Shown: one piece after another, positions 26,861 through 41,056 of the stretch
Layout: each line of letters opens with the position of its first letter
Position numbering within the stretch: position 1 is the first letter of the stretch
DNA from: Mobula hypostoma
Taxonomy: Eukaryota
NCBI RefSeq assembly: GCF_963921235.1
Contig: NC_086108.1
Location: forward strand, 117,616,001 to 117,680,000
Reading direction: 5' to 3'
Length of the DNA stretch: 64,000 nucleotides
Position numbers and translations under genes: made by a program
The notes under the pieces: model-generated
Databases searched by the model: none
Told to the model about the DNA's origin: nothing
What the model saw: the letters and a program-made list of their open reading frames with translations, nothing else

Positions 26861-27339
26861 ACTGCTTTGATGATCTCCCAGAACAAACAAGGAAAGATGA
26901 GCTGAACGACATAGAGGACATTCTATTATGAGGGGTAGTTCTCATCCCGGCCCATCCCATTGCTGGTGCTTCATGTTTTCAACAGTTTCAGGAAGTGCGC
27001 AGCATTCCCACTCATTTCCTGTTGTTAATGCAGAATCTGCTTCGAACTGCTTCCTCTGATCAGCTGTTGCCAGAGATTGAATTCATTCACAACCATGGTA
27101 TCTATCCACTCAAAATATTACTGTAACCACTCTGGCTTCGTAACCCCTCCGGCCACTACACCTCTCCCTGTCTCCATAACCCTCACCATCCCCTATACCC
27201 CTCCCTGTCTCTGTACACACTACCTCCCAGACACCCCTTCCTGTCTCTATAACCGCCCCACCCCGGCTCTCACACCACTGCCTCTGTAAACCCCTCTTCC
27301 TCCTATGCCCATTCCTCTCTCTGTAACCTCCTCTGGTTG

Positions 27340-30300
27340 CCATAAGACATAGGAGCAGAAATAGATCATTTGGCCCATTGAGTCTGCTGTACCATTCAAT
27401 CCCGGCTGATTCTTTTTTCCGCTCCTCATCCCCACTCCCCAGTCTTCTCCCCATAACCTTTGATACCATGTCCAAACAAGCTCTGCCTGAAATACACCCA
27501 ATGTTCTGACCTCCACAGCTGCCTGTGGTAACAAATTCCACAACTTAATCTATGGTAAAAGAAATTTCTCTGCATCGTGGTTTTAAATGGATGCCCCTCT
27601 ATCCTGAGACTGTGTCCTCTTGTCCAAGATTCCCCCACCATGGGAAACACCTTTTCCACATCTCCTCTTCTTGGCCTTTCAACATTTGAAAGGTTTCAAT
27701 GAGATCACCCCCTCCCTGCATCCTTCTGAATTCCAGCGAATACAGACCCAGAGCTGTCAAACGTTCCTCGTACCCTTTCATTCCCAGAATCATCCTTGTG
27801 AACCTCCTCTGGACCCTCTCCAATGACAGCACATCTTTTCTTAGATGAGGAGCCCAAAGCTGTTCACATTACTCAAGGTGGGGCCTCACTGGTGCCTTGT
27901 AAAGCCTCAGCATCACATTCCTCCTCTTGTATTCCAGACCTCTTGAAATGAATGCTAACATTACATTTACCTTCATCACCACTGACTCTACCTGCAAGTT
28001 AATCTTTAGGGTGTTCTGCACAAGGACTCCCAGGTCCCTTTGCATCTGCCCTGTTTAGAAAATAGTCTGCACATTTATTTCTACTACCAAAGTGCATAGC
28101 CATGCATTTTCCAATATTGTATTTCATTTGCCACATTCTTGCCCATTCTCCTAATCTGTCCCAGTCCTTCTGCAGCCTACCAGTTTCCTCAACACTACTA
28201 TAATTTTCTTTATGCTGCCTTCTTCCTTCCTTAAGGAGTAGAGGGACATCTGCAGTTTACCAGTCTTCCGGCACCATATCAAGTCCAATGATTTCTGAAA
28301 GATCATTTCTAATGTCTCCACAACCTCTACCACTCCATCTTTCAGAGCCCTAGGGTGTATTTCATCTGGGATGGTGACTTATGGTGACCTTAGGTCTTTG
28401 AGCTTTTTGAACACATGCTTCCTTATAATAGTAACTGCACTCACTTCTCTTCCCTCACACCCTGCAACCTCTGGCGTACTGCTAGTGTCTTCCACAGTGA
28501 AGATGATGCAAAGTACTCATTTAATACATCTGCCATCCCCCGTTATTATTTCTCTGCCCTCATTTTTTAGAGGTCCTAAATCCACTCTCATCTCTTTTAT
28601 TTTTTACATATTTGAAAAAGCTTTTACTATCTACTTTGACATTGTTTGCTAGCTTGCTTTCATATTTCATCTTTTCCCTCCTAATGATTCTTTTGGTTGC
28701 TGTCTGTAGGTTTTTTCAAAACTTCCCAATCCTCTATCTTCCCACCATTTTTTGCTTTGTTGTATGCCCTCTCTTTTGCTTTTACATTAGCTTTAGCTTC
28801 CCTTGTCAGCCTTGGTTGTACTATTTTGCTATTTGAGTATTTCTTTGTTTTTGGATGGTAAGTTGATGGAGAAAATTGTGAAAGGCAGGATTTTTGAACA
28901 GCTGGAGAGGCATAATATGATTAGGAATAGTCAGCATGGCTTTGTGAAAGGCAGGTCATGCCTTACAAACCTGACTGAATTTATTGACGATGTGACTAAA
29001 CACATTGATGATGGTAGAGCAGTAGATATCATATATATGGATTTTAGTAAGGCATTTGACAAGGTACCCCATGCAAGGCTTACTGAGAAAGTAAGGAGGC
29101 AAGGGATCCAAGAGGACATAGCTTTGTGGATCCAGAACTGGCTTGCCCACAGAAGGCAAAGAGTGGTTGTAGATGGGTCATATTCTGCATGGAGGCCGGT
29201 GACCAGTGGAGTGCCTCAGGGATCTGTTCTCGGACCCCTACTCTTCATAATTTTTATAAATGACCTGGATGAAGAAGTGGAGGGATTGGTTAGTGAATTT
29301 GCTGATGACACGAAGGTTGGAGGTGTTGTGGATAGTGTAGATGGCTGTCAGAGGTTACAGCGGGAGATTGATAGGATGCAAAACTGGGCTGAGAAATATC
29401 AGATGGAGTTCAACCCAGATATGTGTGAAGTGGTTCATTTTGGTAGGTCAAATATGATGGCAGAATATAGTATTAATGGTAAGACTCTTGGCAGTGTGGA
29501 GGATCAGAGGGATCTTGGGGTCTGAGTCCATAGGACACCCAAAGCTGCTGCACAGGTTGACTGTGTGGTTAAGAAGGCATACAGTGCATTGGCCTTCATC
29601 AATCGTGGGACTGAGTTTAGAAGCCGAGAGGTAATGTTGCAGCTATATAGGACCCTGGCCAGACCCCACTTAGAGTACTGTGCTCAGTTCTGGTCATTTC
29701 ACTACAGGAAGGATGTGGAAACCATAGAAAGGGTGCAGAGGAGACTTACAAGGATGTTGCCTGGATTGGGGAGCATGCCCTATGAGAATAGGTTGAGTGG
29801 CTCAGCCTTTTCTCCTTGGAGCGACGGAGGATGAGAGGTGACCTGATAGAGCTGTGTAAGATGATGAGAGGCATTGATCGTGTGGATAGTCAGGGGCTTT
29901 TTCCCTGGGCTGAAATGGCTAGCATGAGGGGGCATAGTTTTAAGGTGCTTGGAAGTAGGTACAGAGGAGATATCAGAGCTAAGTTTTTTAAACAGAGAGT
30001 GGTGAGTACGTGAAATGGGCTGCTGGCGACGGTGGTGGAGGTGGATATAATAGGGTCTCTTAAGAGACTCCTGGACAGGTATATGGAGCTGGGAAAAAGA
30101 GAGGGCTATGGGTAACCCTAGGTAATTTCTCAGGTAAGGACATGTTTGGCACAGCTTTATGGGCCGAAAGGCCTGTATTGTACTGTAGGTTTTCTATGTT
30201 TCTATATCTGTCCTGTACGTTCCTCATTTTTCCCAGAAACTCATTCCATTGCTACTCTGCTGTCATCCCTGCCAGTATCTCCTTCCGATCTACTTTGGCC

Positions 30301-31190
30301 AACTCTCTCATACCACTGTAATTTCCCTTACTCCACTGAAATACTGCTACATCAGACTTTATTTTCTCCCTATGAAATTTCAAGTTGAACTCAGTCATAT
30401 TGTGATCACTGTTTCCCAAGGATTCTTTTACCTTCAGCTCCCTAATCGCCTCCCGTTCATTACATAACAGCTAATCGAGTATAGCTGATCCCCTAGTAGG
30501 CTGAATGACAAATTGCTTTAAAAAGGCATCTTATAGGCATTCAACAAACTTACTCTCTTGAGTTCCACTTACAACCTGATTTTCCCAATCCGACCCGCAC
30601 ATAGAAATTACCAATGACCATCATAACATTGCACTTTTGACACACCTTTTCTCTTTCCTGTGTAATCTGTGGTCCACATCCCAGCTACTGTTGGGAGGCC
30701 TGTATATAACTGCCATCAGGGTCGTTTTACCCTTGCAGTTTCTTAACTCAGTCCACAAGGATTCAACATCTTCCAATCCTATGCCTCTCCTTTCTACTGA
30801 TTTGATGTTATTCTTTACCAGCAGAGCCACACTACCCACTTTGCCCACCTTCCTATCTCTCCGATACACTGTGTAACCTTGGACATTCAGCTCCCAACTA
30901 CAACCATACTTCACCCACAATTCAGTGATGGCCACAGCATCATACCTCTCAATCTGTAATAGTGCAACAAGATCATCCATTTTATTTCTCATGCTCCATG
31001 CATTGAGATATAACACTTTGAGTGCTGTATTTGTTACCTTTTTGATTCTGCATCCCTAATACACGGGTACTCACCCTGCTGGCTGTAATTTTGTCTTTTC
31101 ATCTGCTTGCCCTTCCTGACAGTCTATCTACGTGCTATCTTTGCTTCCGTCCTGTCCTGTGTCCCTTCACGCGGGTGCCCACGAGAATAT
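27340..31190 (-). mobile_element. CR1 (endonuclease start to 3' UTR, with deletions), interrupted by an opposite-strand CR1 at ~28852-30205
   Basis: ORF 30621-31016 MLYLNAWSMRNKMDDL...IYRPPNS (AP endonuclease N-term). ORFs 27426-27832 encode the C-terminus. Confidence 0.85.
28852..30205 (+). mobile_element. 5'-truncated CR1 LINE (RT + 3' UTR)
   Basis: ORF 28803-29525 contains [37 protein letters not shown] and FADD. Tail tttctatgtttctat. Confidence 0.92.
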
Positions 31191-32086
31191 TGGTCCCCCT
31201 CACTGTCTCTGTAACCCCCTCTGGCCCTGCACCCTTCCCTGTCTCTGTAACCCCCTCCAGTCCTGCACTCCTCACTATCTCTGTGACCCTTTGCAGCCCC
31301 TATACCCCAACACCCCCTAGCCCTATACCCCTCTTTGCATTTGTAACCCCTTACATCCTTCCTTGTCTCTATAAACCCTGATGAAGGGTCTTGGCCAGAA
31401 ACTGAACTTTTTTCTCCTCTATCTCCTCTCCATAGAAGCTCCCTGATCTGCTCAGTTCCTCCAACGTTTTGTTAAAGCACATTGTCGATTTTCCGGGGGG
31501 GGGGGGGTATGCTTAAATCATGAGGGCTTAGTTTTAAGCCATGGGTGAGAGATTGAAAAGGGACATGGGGGCAGCTTAACACAAAAGAATGAGCTGACAG
31601 CAATAGCAGTTGATGTGGGCGCACTAACAATACCATCCACTCAACTTCCCTGGTTTCACATTTGTACTTGCCTCAGCCGTCCCATTTGCCACACTTCTGT
31701 TTATGTCATCCAGAGAGGTGGTTTTCACCTTGTACACTCCTTCCCTCAGCTCCTGCATCTCCTTCACTCCACACCACAGCTGTTTCCCACTGACTTGAGA
31801 AGGTACGTAGTTTGTGGAGGGAGCTTCACTTGGTGTCTAATACATATCCTGGGAGTGTATAATGGGTCAGTCGCGAGGAACTCAGTCTGTATGGAAGCAG
31901 TGCCCTGGGAGTGTGTTAGGCAGTACTGTGTGTGTAAAATGCAATGTCTCTACTCTGGGAATGTGTGTGGGTCAGTGTAGAGGCAGCTTCACTGTCTAAC
32001 CTGCGCTGGACTTACCTTGTGAGGGGAGAGGAAGGAAATGGATAGCTTGTTTCAGTGAAGGATAAAGGGACGGAGAGACAGGTATG

Positions 32087-32558
32087 CACTCAGTGGCCAA
32101 CGTATTAGGTACGCTGTAGCCCAGCCACTTCAGCGTTCGATGTGCTGTGCATTCAGAGATGTTCTTCTGCACATGACTACTGTAACAGTGGCTATTTGTG
32201 TTACTGTCACCTTCCCGTCAGCTTGAACCAGTCTGGCTATTCTCCTCTGAACTCTCTCATTAACAAGGTGTTTTCCCCCATAGAACTGCTGCTCACTGCA
32301 TGATTTTTTTTTTGTCTTTCGCATCATCCACCGTAAATTCTAAAGATTGTTGTGCGTGAAAATCCCAGGATATCAGCAGTTTCTGAGATGCTCAAATCAC
32401 CCTGTCTGGCACCAACGATCATTCCATGGTCAAAGCCACTTAGATCACATTTCTTCCCCATTCTGATATTTGGTCTGAACAGCAACTGAACCCCTTGACC
32501 ATATCTGCATACTTTTATGCATTGAGTTACTGCCACATGCTTGGCTGATTTGATATTT
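32087..32558 (-). mobile_element. Tc1/mariner (Tc1-like) remnant, internally deleted; only one end visible
   Basis: Terminal cactcagtggccaacgtattaggtac is typical of fish Tc1 TIRs. Minus-strand MGKKCDLSGFDHGMIVGARQGDLSISETADILGFSRTTI is the paired-like HTH of a Tc1 transposase. Confidence 0.8.
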
Positions 32559-34515
32559 AGACCATAAGACAAAGGAGCAGAAGTCGGCCATTCGGCCCAT
32601 CGAATCTGCTCCGCCATTTTGTCATGAGCTGATCCATTCTCCCATTTAGTCCCACTCCCCCTTCTCACCATAACCTTTGATGCCCTTGCTACTCAGATAC
32701 CTATCAATCTCTGCCTTAAATACACCCAATGACTTGGCCTTCACTGCTGCCCGTGGCAACAAATTCCATAGATTCACCACCCTCTGACTAAAAAAATTTC
32801 TTCGCATTTCTGTTCTGAAAGGGCGCCCTTCAATCCTTAAGTCATGCCCTCTCGTACTAGACTCCTCCATCATGGGAAACAACTTTGCCACATCCACTCT
32901 GTCCATGCCTTTCAACATTCGAAATGTTTCTATGAGGTCTCCCCTCATTCTTCTAAACTCCAAGGAATACAGTCCAAGAGCGGACAAACGTTTGTACAGA
33001 CAGAGTAGGGGGAACAACAGAAGTTCAAAATACATTTATTAACAAAGTATGTACACTGTATACAACTTTGAGATTCATCTTTTTACAGGCAGCCACAAAA
33101 CATGAGAAAAACAATAGAATCCATTAAAAAAGACTGTCAAACACCCATTGAGTAAGGAAAAAAATTGTGCAATAAAAGAAGCAAATAACATTTAGGGCTA
33201 AGACCATGAGACATAGAAGCAGAATTAGGCTATGCAGCCCATCGAGTCTGCTCTGTCATTCCATCATGGCTGATCCTGGATCCCACTCAACCCTATACAC
33301 CTGCCTTCTCGCCATATCCTTTGATGCCTGACCGATCAGGAAACAATCAACTTCTGCCTTAAATATACCTACGGATGGCCTCCACCGCAGTCTGTGACAG
33401 AGCATTCCACAGATTCACTACACTCTGGCTAAAAAAAATTCCTCATGATCTCTGTTCTAAAAGATCATCCCTCAATTTTGAGGTTGTGCCCTCTAGTTCG
33501 GGATACCTCCACTATAGGAAACATCCTCTCCACACCTACCCTATCCAGTCCTTTCAACATTCGGTAGGCTTTAATGAAATCGCCACACATTCTTCTAAAT
33601 TCCAGTGAGTACAAACCCAAAGCTGCCAAATGCTCCTGATGTATTAACCTTTTCATTCCTGGAATCATCCTCGTGAACCTTCTCTGGTCTCTCTCCAATG
33701 ACAACACATCCTTTCTGAGATATGCGGCCCAAAACTGTTGATAATACTCCAAGTGCAGCCTGACTAGTGTCTCATAAAGGCTCAGCATTATCTCCTTGCT
33801 TTTATATTCTATTCGCTTTGAAATAAATGCCCACATTGCACTTGCCTTCTTTATCACAGACTCAAGCTGTAAATTAACCTTCTGGGAGACTTGCACAGGG
33901 ATTCCCAAGTTCCTCTGCACCTCTGATGTTTGAACCTCCTCCTTATTTAGGTAATAGGCCATGCCATCGTTCTATTTACCGAAATGCATTATCATATATT
34001 TCCCAACACTGTATTCCATCTGCCACTTTTGTTTCCCATTCTTCTAATTTGTCTAAGTCCTGCTGCAATTACATTGCTTCCTCAGCACTACATACCCCTC
34101 CACCTATCTTCGTATCATCCGCAAACTTTGCCGCAAAGCCATCAATTCCATTATCTAAATCATTGACAAACAATGTGAAAGGTGGTCTTATGGTCTAACA
34201 TTCACAGAGTCACAGAGAAGTACAGCACTGAAACAGGCCCTTTGGCCCATTTAGTCCATGCCAAACCATTTTAACTGCCTCGTCCCATCGGCCTGCACCT
34301 GGAGTATTGCCCGTCATACCTCTACTATCCATGCACCCATTCAATCTTGTCTTAAATGTTGAAATTGACCTTGCATGCTAGCAATTCGTTCCACACTCTC
34401 GCAACCCTCTGAGTGAAGAAGTTTAACCCCTCGTATTCTCCTGAAATGTTTCACCTTTTGCCCTTAACCCACGAAATCTCGTTGCTGTCCCACCCAATCT
34501 CAGTGGAAAAAGTCT
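32559..34515 (-). mobile_element. Cluster of CR1 3' fragments (32559-32992, 33200-34200, 34205-34515) with a Rex-like 3' end between them
   Basis: ORFs 32646-33035 and 33465-33962 (LGLYSLEFRRM.GD). agaccataagac tails. Confidence 0.82.
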
Positions 34516-37228
34516 CCAAGTAATCTAGGTAGATTGCTTCCATTGCATCTGATTAAGCATCTCTGATGTGCCTTGATGCTGCAATAGCATTATAGCATTA
34601 TGATAGCTGACTAAGATTTTAAAAGTTACTGAAACAGAATGTTGCATCTTTGTGATTGAAGAAGTACAAAACCATTTATTGTGCACACTTCTTGATTAGA
34701 CTTGTCATTTGGTCATGTCGATTTTCCAGCACTCTGGACTACTTTCTTTTCTACTAATAATGAAAGTTAGACTGAAGACTTGATATCTTCACAACATTCA
34801 GGAGTTATTGGCATCATCATCACCATCTTAAAATACTCACTTCTCTACCATCAGTGTACTATGGTGTAGTGTATACCATCAGCAGAATACTCTGCATACC
34901 TGACTTGGCCGTTCCCAAACCTATAACCACTGCCACCAAGAAAGACAAAGGACTGTCAGATCTAAGGTTTTTGAAAGTGAGTCCACAGCCACAAAACCAG
35001 TCATCACTGCAGCTGGTCCAGGAGTTGCAGGCCACGGCTTCAGTTCAGTGCAAAGACAACCTCACTGAGCAGTGAGCTAGCTGAACACTGGCCTGCCTCT
35101 TGCCTCGGGCCCTGAGCTTTTCAATCTGGCTCTTAAATCAGTCAAACATCGGATTGAAAGTGTTACATTTGAATGCATGCAGCATAAGGAATAAAATGGA
35201 TGATCTTGAAATTCAGCCACAGACTGGCAAATATGACGTTGTGGCCATCTCTGAAACTTGGCTAAAGAATGGCTGCCATTGGGTGTCGAACATCCAAGGA
35301 TATACGGTGTATCGAAAAGATAGGTTAGTAGGCAGAGAGGGTGGTGTTGTTTTGTGTATCTGAAATAATATTAAATCATGAGAAAGAGATGACATAGGAT
35401 CGGAAGGTGTAGAGTCTCTATGGGTTGAGTTAAGAAATGGCAAGGGTACAAGGACCCTAATGGCAGTTGTATACAGGCCTCCAAACAGCAGCCGGGATGT
35501 GGATTACAAATTACAGCAGGAGATAGAAAAGGTGTGTCAGAAAGGCAATGTCATGATAATCGTAGGGGATCTTAACATGAAAGTGGATTGAGAAAACCAG
35601 GCCAGTACTGGACCTCAAGAGAGAGAATTTGTAAAATGTCTGAGGGCTGGTTTTTTAGAACAGCTTGTTGTTGAGCCCACTAGGGGATCAGCTGTACTGG
35701 ATTAAGTGTTGTGTAATGATCTGGAGGTGATAAGAGAGCTTAAGGTTAAGGAACCCTGAGGGAACAGTGATCACAATATGATCGAGTTCACATTGAAATT
35801 TGAGAGAGAAAAAATAAAATCCAATGTGTTTGTATTTCAGTGGAATCAAGAAAATTACAATGGCATGAGATGGGAACAGGCTGAAGTTGACTGGAAAGAG
35901 ACACTAGCAGGAAGGACAGCAGAGCAGCAATGGCTGGAGTTTCTGTGAAAAATGAGGGTAGTGCAAGACAGATACATTCCAAATAAGAAGACATTTTCAA
36001 ATGGAAGAAGGACATTACCATGGCTAACAAGTGAAGTCAGAGCCAAAGTAAAAGCAAAAGAGAGGGCACACAAGGAAGCCAGAACTCATGGGAAAATAGA
36101 GGATTGGAAGCTATTAAAAACTTGCAGAAGAAAACCAAGAAGGTCATTAGGAAGGAAAAGATGAATTGTGAAAGGAAGCTGGCGACTAATATCAAAGGAG
36201 AAACTAAAAGCTTTTTTAAGTATATAAAGGGTAAAAGAGAGTCGAGGCTCGATGTAGGACCAATACAAAATGATGCCAGAAATATTGTAATTAGAGATGC
36301 AGAGATGGCAGAGGAACTGATTGCATATTTTGCATCAGTCTTCACAGTGGAAGACATCTGCAGTATATCAGACATTCAAAAGTGTTAGGGAATCGAAGTT
36401 TGTGCAGTGAAAATTATGACTGAGAAGGTGCTCAGGAAGCTGAATGGTCTGAGGGTGGATAAATCTCCTGGACCTGATGGAATACACCCTTGGGTTCTGA
36501 AGGAAGTAGCTGAAGAGATTGCGGGGGCATTAATGATGATCTTTCAAGAATCAACAGATTCTGGCATTGTACCGGATGACGGGAAATTTGCAAATGTTAC
36601 TCTGCTATTTAAGAAGGGTGGGAGGCAGCAGAAAGGAAACTATAGACCTGTTAGCCTGACATCAGTGGTTAGGAAGTTGTTGGAATCGATTGTCAGGAAT
36701 AATATTACAGAGTACCTGGAGGTACATGACAGGATAGGCCAAAGCCAGCACGGTTTCCTGAAAGGAAGATCCTTCCTGACAAACCTAGTACAATTTCTTG
36801 ACGAAATTACAAGCAGGGTAGACAAAGGAGATGCAGTAGATGTGTGTACTTGGGTTTTCAGAAGGCCTTTAACAAATCTGCTTAGCATGATAAGAGCTCA
36901 TGGAATTACAGGGAAGTTACTTGTATGAGTGGAGCATTGGCTAGTAGGCAGAAAACAAAGAGTGGGAATAAAGAGATCTTATTCTGTCTGGCTGCTGGTT
37001 ACCAGTGGAGTTCCACAGGGGTCGGTGTTGGGACTGCTGCTTTTTACGATGTATGTTAATGATGTGGACTATGGTATTAATGGATTTGTGGCTAAATTTG
37101 CCGATGATACAAAGATAGGTGGAGGATTGGGTAATGTTGAGGAAACAGAGTGCCTGCAGAGAGACTTAGATAGTTTAGGGAATGGGCAAAGAAGTGGCAA
37201 ATGAAATACAATGTTGGAAAGTGTATGG

Positions 37229-38087
37229 TGTTACGTAACCAGCAACAATGAATATTAATCGAAACAGGTTATATAAAAACAACCAAACATTTACTAAACA
37301 CGTATAAACGATAAGGAAAAAAAAACAAAGGAAAACTTTAACCGGAGGTTAACAGGTATGCAGCTGTTCACCAACTCACCACTCGGCTCTGGTTCTTAAA
37401 GCGTTAAATGTGAAAACAGTTCTTAAAGCGATACAGTCGGATATAGTTCTTAAAGCAATAACTTTGAAAGTCCAACAGTTTTACGCATTCAATTGGGAGA
37501 GACTTCTCTGGAGAAAGATTTCTTCACCGACGCACCTTTACTGCTGGTTCTGTCCACAGGATTCCCGATGCCGAAAATAAACAGTTTAAATCAACTGACC
37601 TTAAATTCCTTTAGAGAGAGAGCACCTTTTTGCATGAACTCATTGCCCTATTGCAAGAGTTATCTCAATGCAGGTTCTCTCCAACGAAGACTCAATAAGT
37701 TCGATTCTTTATTAAACTGCCAAATGATGCCGACTTCTCTCGATCCTTCACTTCGATGAATTCTTCACTCTCCCTTCAAAAACTGTCAGAATTGAGTAAA
37801 TTGGCACTTCCAGCCACAAATTTCCAGTCCAAGTAATATGGAATCTTTCAACAGAACATACAACCGTTTTAAAAATGAAACTGTGTCACAAAAACAAACG
37901 CAACAGAAACATTCTACCTGGAAATCTACAAACTCAAAAACTAACCGCGTCACCTGGGTCGACCCTTATATAGTCACGGGGCACATCATCACGTGACCTC
38001 ACATTGGTGGGAAAATTACATCAGGTGACCTCCAAAAGACCATTACATCATTCTCACAAAAAAACAGATCTCCTTCAGCATGTAACA
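37229..38087 (-). repeat. 3' LTR of Gypsy element
   Basis: TGTTAC...GTAACA inverted termini; direct repeat of 42317-43178. Confidence 0.95.
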
Positions 38088-38096
38088 CCTCCCTCT
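38088..38096 (-). promoter_or_regulatory. Polypurine tract
   Basis: Minus strand AGAGGGAGG immediately precedes the TG of the 3' LTR. Confidence 0.85.
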
Positions 38097-41056
38097 AAAA
38101 AAAATTTTGGTCTCTTGAAGAACAAAATTTTAACAACTTATACAAAAAAAATACAAAGGTATAAAATTTACAAAACACACAATATATACAATCTTATATT
38201 CAGCCCTTTACAAACTAATGTACAGTAGGAGTGTTACAAATGATAAAATATCACTCCAAAAAAAAACAAATTTTCATTGTACATTTAACATCTAGACAGA
38301 CAATCAGCGATCACATTGTCTTTACCCTTAATATGAGTGATCAAAATATGGTACTCCTGTAACATTAAACTGGATTATTAAATTGGAGTTTAATTTCCTT
38401 AACCCTTTTCCTTAACAGTCACAGTAGCAACCTCTCTCTCATAATACAGTTTTATCATATTTATATGACACAGCTGTGTTGTCTTTCTCCTATCTGGGGT
38501 TTTTTACCACATAATCCACCTCATTCACCTTAGTTTTAATCTCATAAGGACCATGGAATTTTACTTGTAATGGGTTCGTTTGCACTGGGAAAAGAACCAA
38601 CACCTTATCTCCAAGCTTAAATGACCTCATCCTAGCTTCCTTATCATACCAGGTCTTCATCTTCTCTTGAGCTAACTTTAAATTTTCCTTGGCCAAACTA
38701 CAAGCATTGTACAATCTCTCTTTAAATTTCAAAACATAATCTAACAAACTAGTGTGTACTTCTTTATTAATCCACTGTTCCCTCAACAAAGCCAAAGGTC
38801 CTCAAACTCTATGTCCAAACACAAGTTCAAAAGGACTAAAACCTAATGAATCCTGTACTGCCTCCCTTACTGCAAAAAGTAGTAAATGTATACCTTCATC
38901 CCAATCCTTTTCATTTTCTACACAATCTGTCCTAATCATAGTTTTTAGTGTAGAATGAAACCTCTCCAAGGCTCCTTATGATTCTGGATGATAGGCTGAG
39001 GAAATAATCTGCTTTGCTCCCAGTTTATAAACTATCTGCTGAAACAACTCAGACGTAAAATTACTACCTTGATCTGATTGTATTTCCTTAGGCAGCCCAA
39101 AATAAGTGAAGAATTTTATAAGAGCCTTTGTCACAGTTTTGGCTGTTATATTTCTAAGAGGTACTGCCTCTGGAAACCTAGATGCTGTGCACATAATTGT
39201 TAATAAATATTGATGTCCAGTTTTAGTTTTTGGCAAAGGACCTACACAGTCTGCAATGATTTTTGAAAACGGCTCACCAAATACAGGAATTGGTTGCACT
39301 GGAGTAACCTGATTAGGTTTACCAACAATTTGACATGGATGACATGTTCTACAAAATGTTGCCACATCTTGTCTTAAACTGGGCCAATAAAAATCTTTAG
39401 AAACTTTGTTCATAGATTTCTTTACCCCTAAATGACCACCCAAAGGAATATTATGAGCCATTGTCAAAATCTCATTTCGGTAAATTTTAGGAACAACAAC
39501 CTGATGATAACTTCCCATTCCTCACTAGCAGGAATTGTAGGCGATCTTCACTTTCTCATTAATACCCCCTTTTCAAAATAATATCCAACCGGTACTTTTC
39601 CAATTTCACTATCTGGAAGAGCTTGTTCTTTTAATTTAACTATCTCAGAATCCCTACCCTGTTCTGCTATCATCTCCTTCCGAGATAGAGACAAATCTTC
39701 CTGATCAGACTTACCACCAAAATCCTGATCAAATAAGGTTGGCAAGAAAGTTTCTGATACATCCTCAAAATTCGAATCTTGATTTGAACTGTCATGGGTA
39801 ACAACCACATCCTTTACATCAGTCTTTTTAGCTATAGCTCTTGTTACAACACAGGAAGAATCTGTGTTAAAATCCCTCTGTGGTTCCTCAGAACTTGAAT
39901 TGATTGTCAAGTGCACTTCAGGAAAAACTTGTCCACCTGCTAAATTATTCCCTAACAAAAGAGAAACATCATTCACAGGTAAACTGGATTGCAGTTCTAC
40001 TTTAACAACCCCTGTAACTAATCCTGACCTTAAATTTACTCTATGTAAATATACTGGCATAAGGGCACTCCCTACTCCTCTTATATAATTTACCTCAGCA
40101 GAGTCAGACTCATCATTAAACCTTAGCACGCTATCTAATATTAGTGATTGCGAAGCTCCAGTATCTCTAAGCATCCTTATCGGTACTGCATTGGATCCTT
40201 CTTTCAAGGATACAAATCCTTCTGTTATAAAAGCCTCATATCCCTTCTTAACTTGGTCAGACTCTGACACATCTACATTAATATTTTCTAAACCCTGTGG
40301 CTTTACAGGTGTTTCAATATGCTGCACACAAGCATCTGGGGCCACTTCTTTCTCTTTCTGTTTCAATCGGAAGCAATTAGCCACTACATGTCCAGGTTTC
40401 TGACAATAATTACAAATAATACCAAAATGTCTTTCCTTCACATGTCTCCCTTCATCCTTACTTTTCTCACTAACTTCAGATTTAATTTCTGGTTTACCTT
40501 GACTCTGTGTTAGTTTTCCTAAAAATTTCACCTGGAGAAAAGTTATTCTTGTGAATTAAAACATACTCATCAGCCAATTTAGCAATCTCCTGCAATGTAG
40601 CAGTGTCCCGTTCATTTAAGTATGTCCTCACTTCAACAGGAATGCTTCTTTTAAATTCCTCCTGCAAAATCAGCTCTTTCAATTTATTATACTCCCCATT
40701 CACATTTTTAGAGGAAACCCATCTCTCAAAGCACACAGATTTCTCATAGGCAAATTCCACATGAGTTTTTTTCCACTGATTTCTTTAAACCTCTAAATCT
40801 TTCTCTATATGCTTCTAGGACCATCTCGTATGCCTTTAATATATTCTCTTTAACAACATCATAATCCAGTGCTTGCTCAGCATGTAAAGCTGTATAAACT
40901 TGTTGTGCCTTGCCTTTAATTACACTTTGTAACATCACTGGCCATTGGTCCTTCGGCCACTTTAAACTCAGAGCAACTGTTTCGAAATGTTGGAAATAAG
41001 CATCCACATCAGCTTCATTAAATGGAGGAGCCAAAACAACCTCACGACTAGCAATA

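Noticed and set aside
37493..37759. Duplicated 88-aa ORF (also 42582-42848)
   Set aside because: It lies within the two LTRs, antisense to the element, with a TTG start; the duplication is explained by the LTRs.
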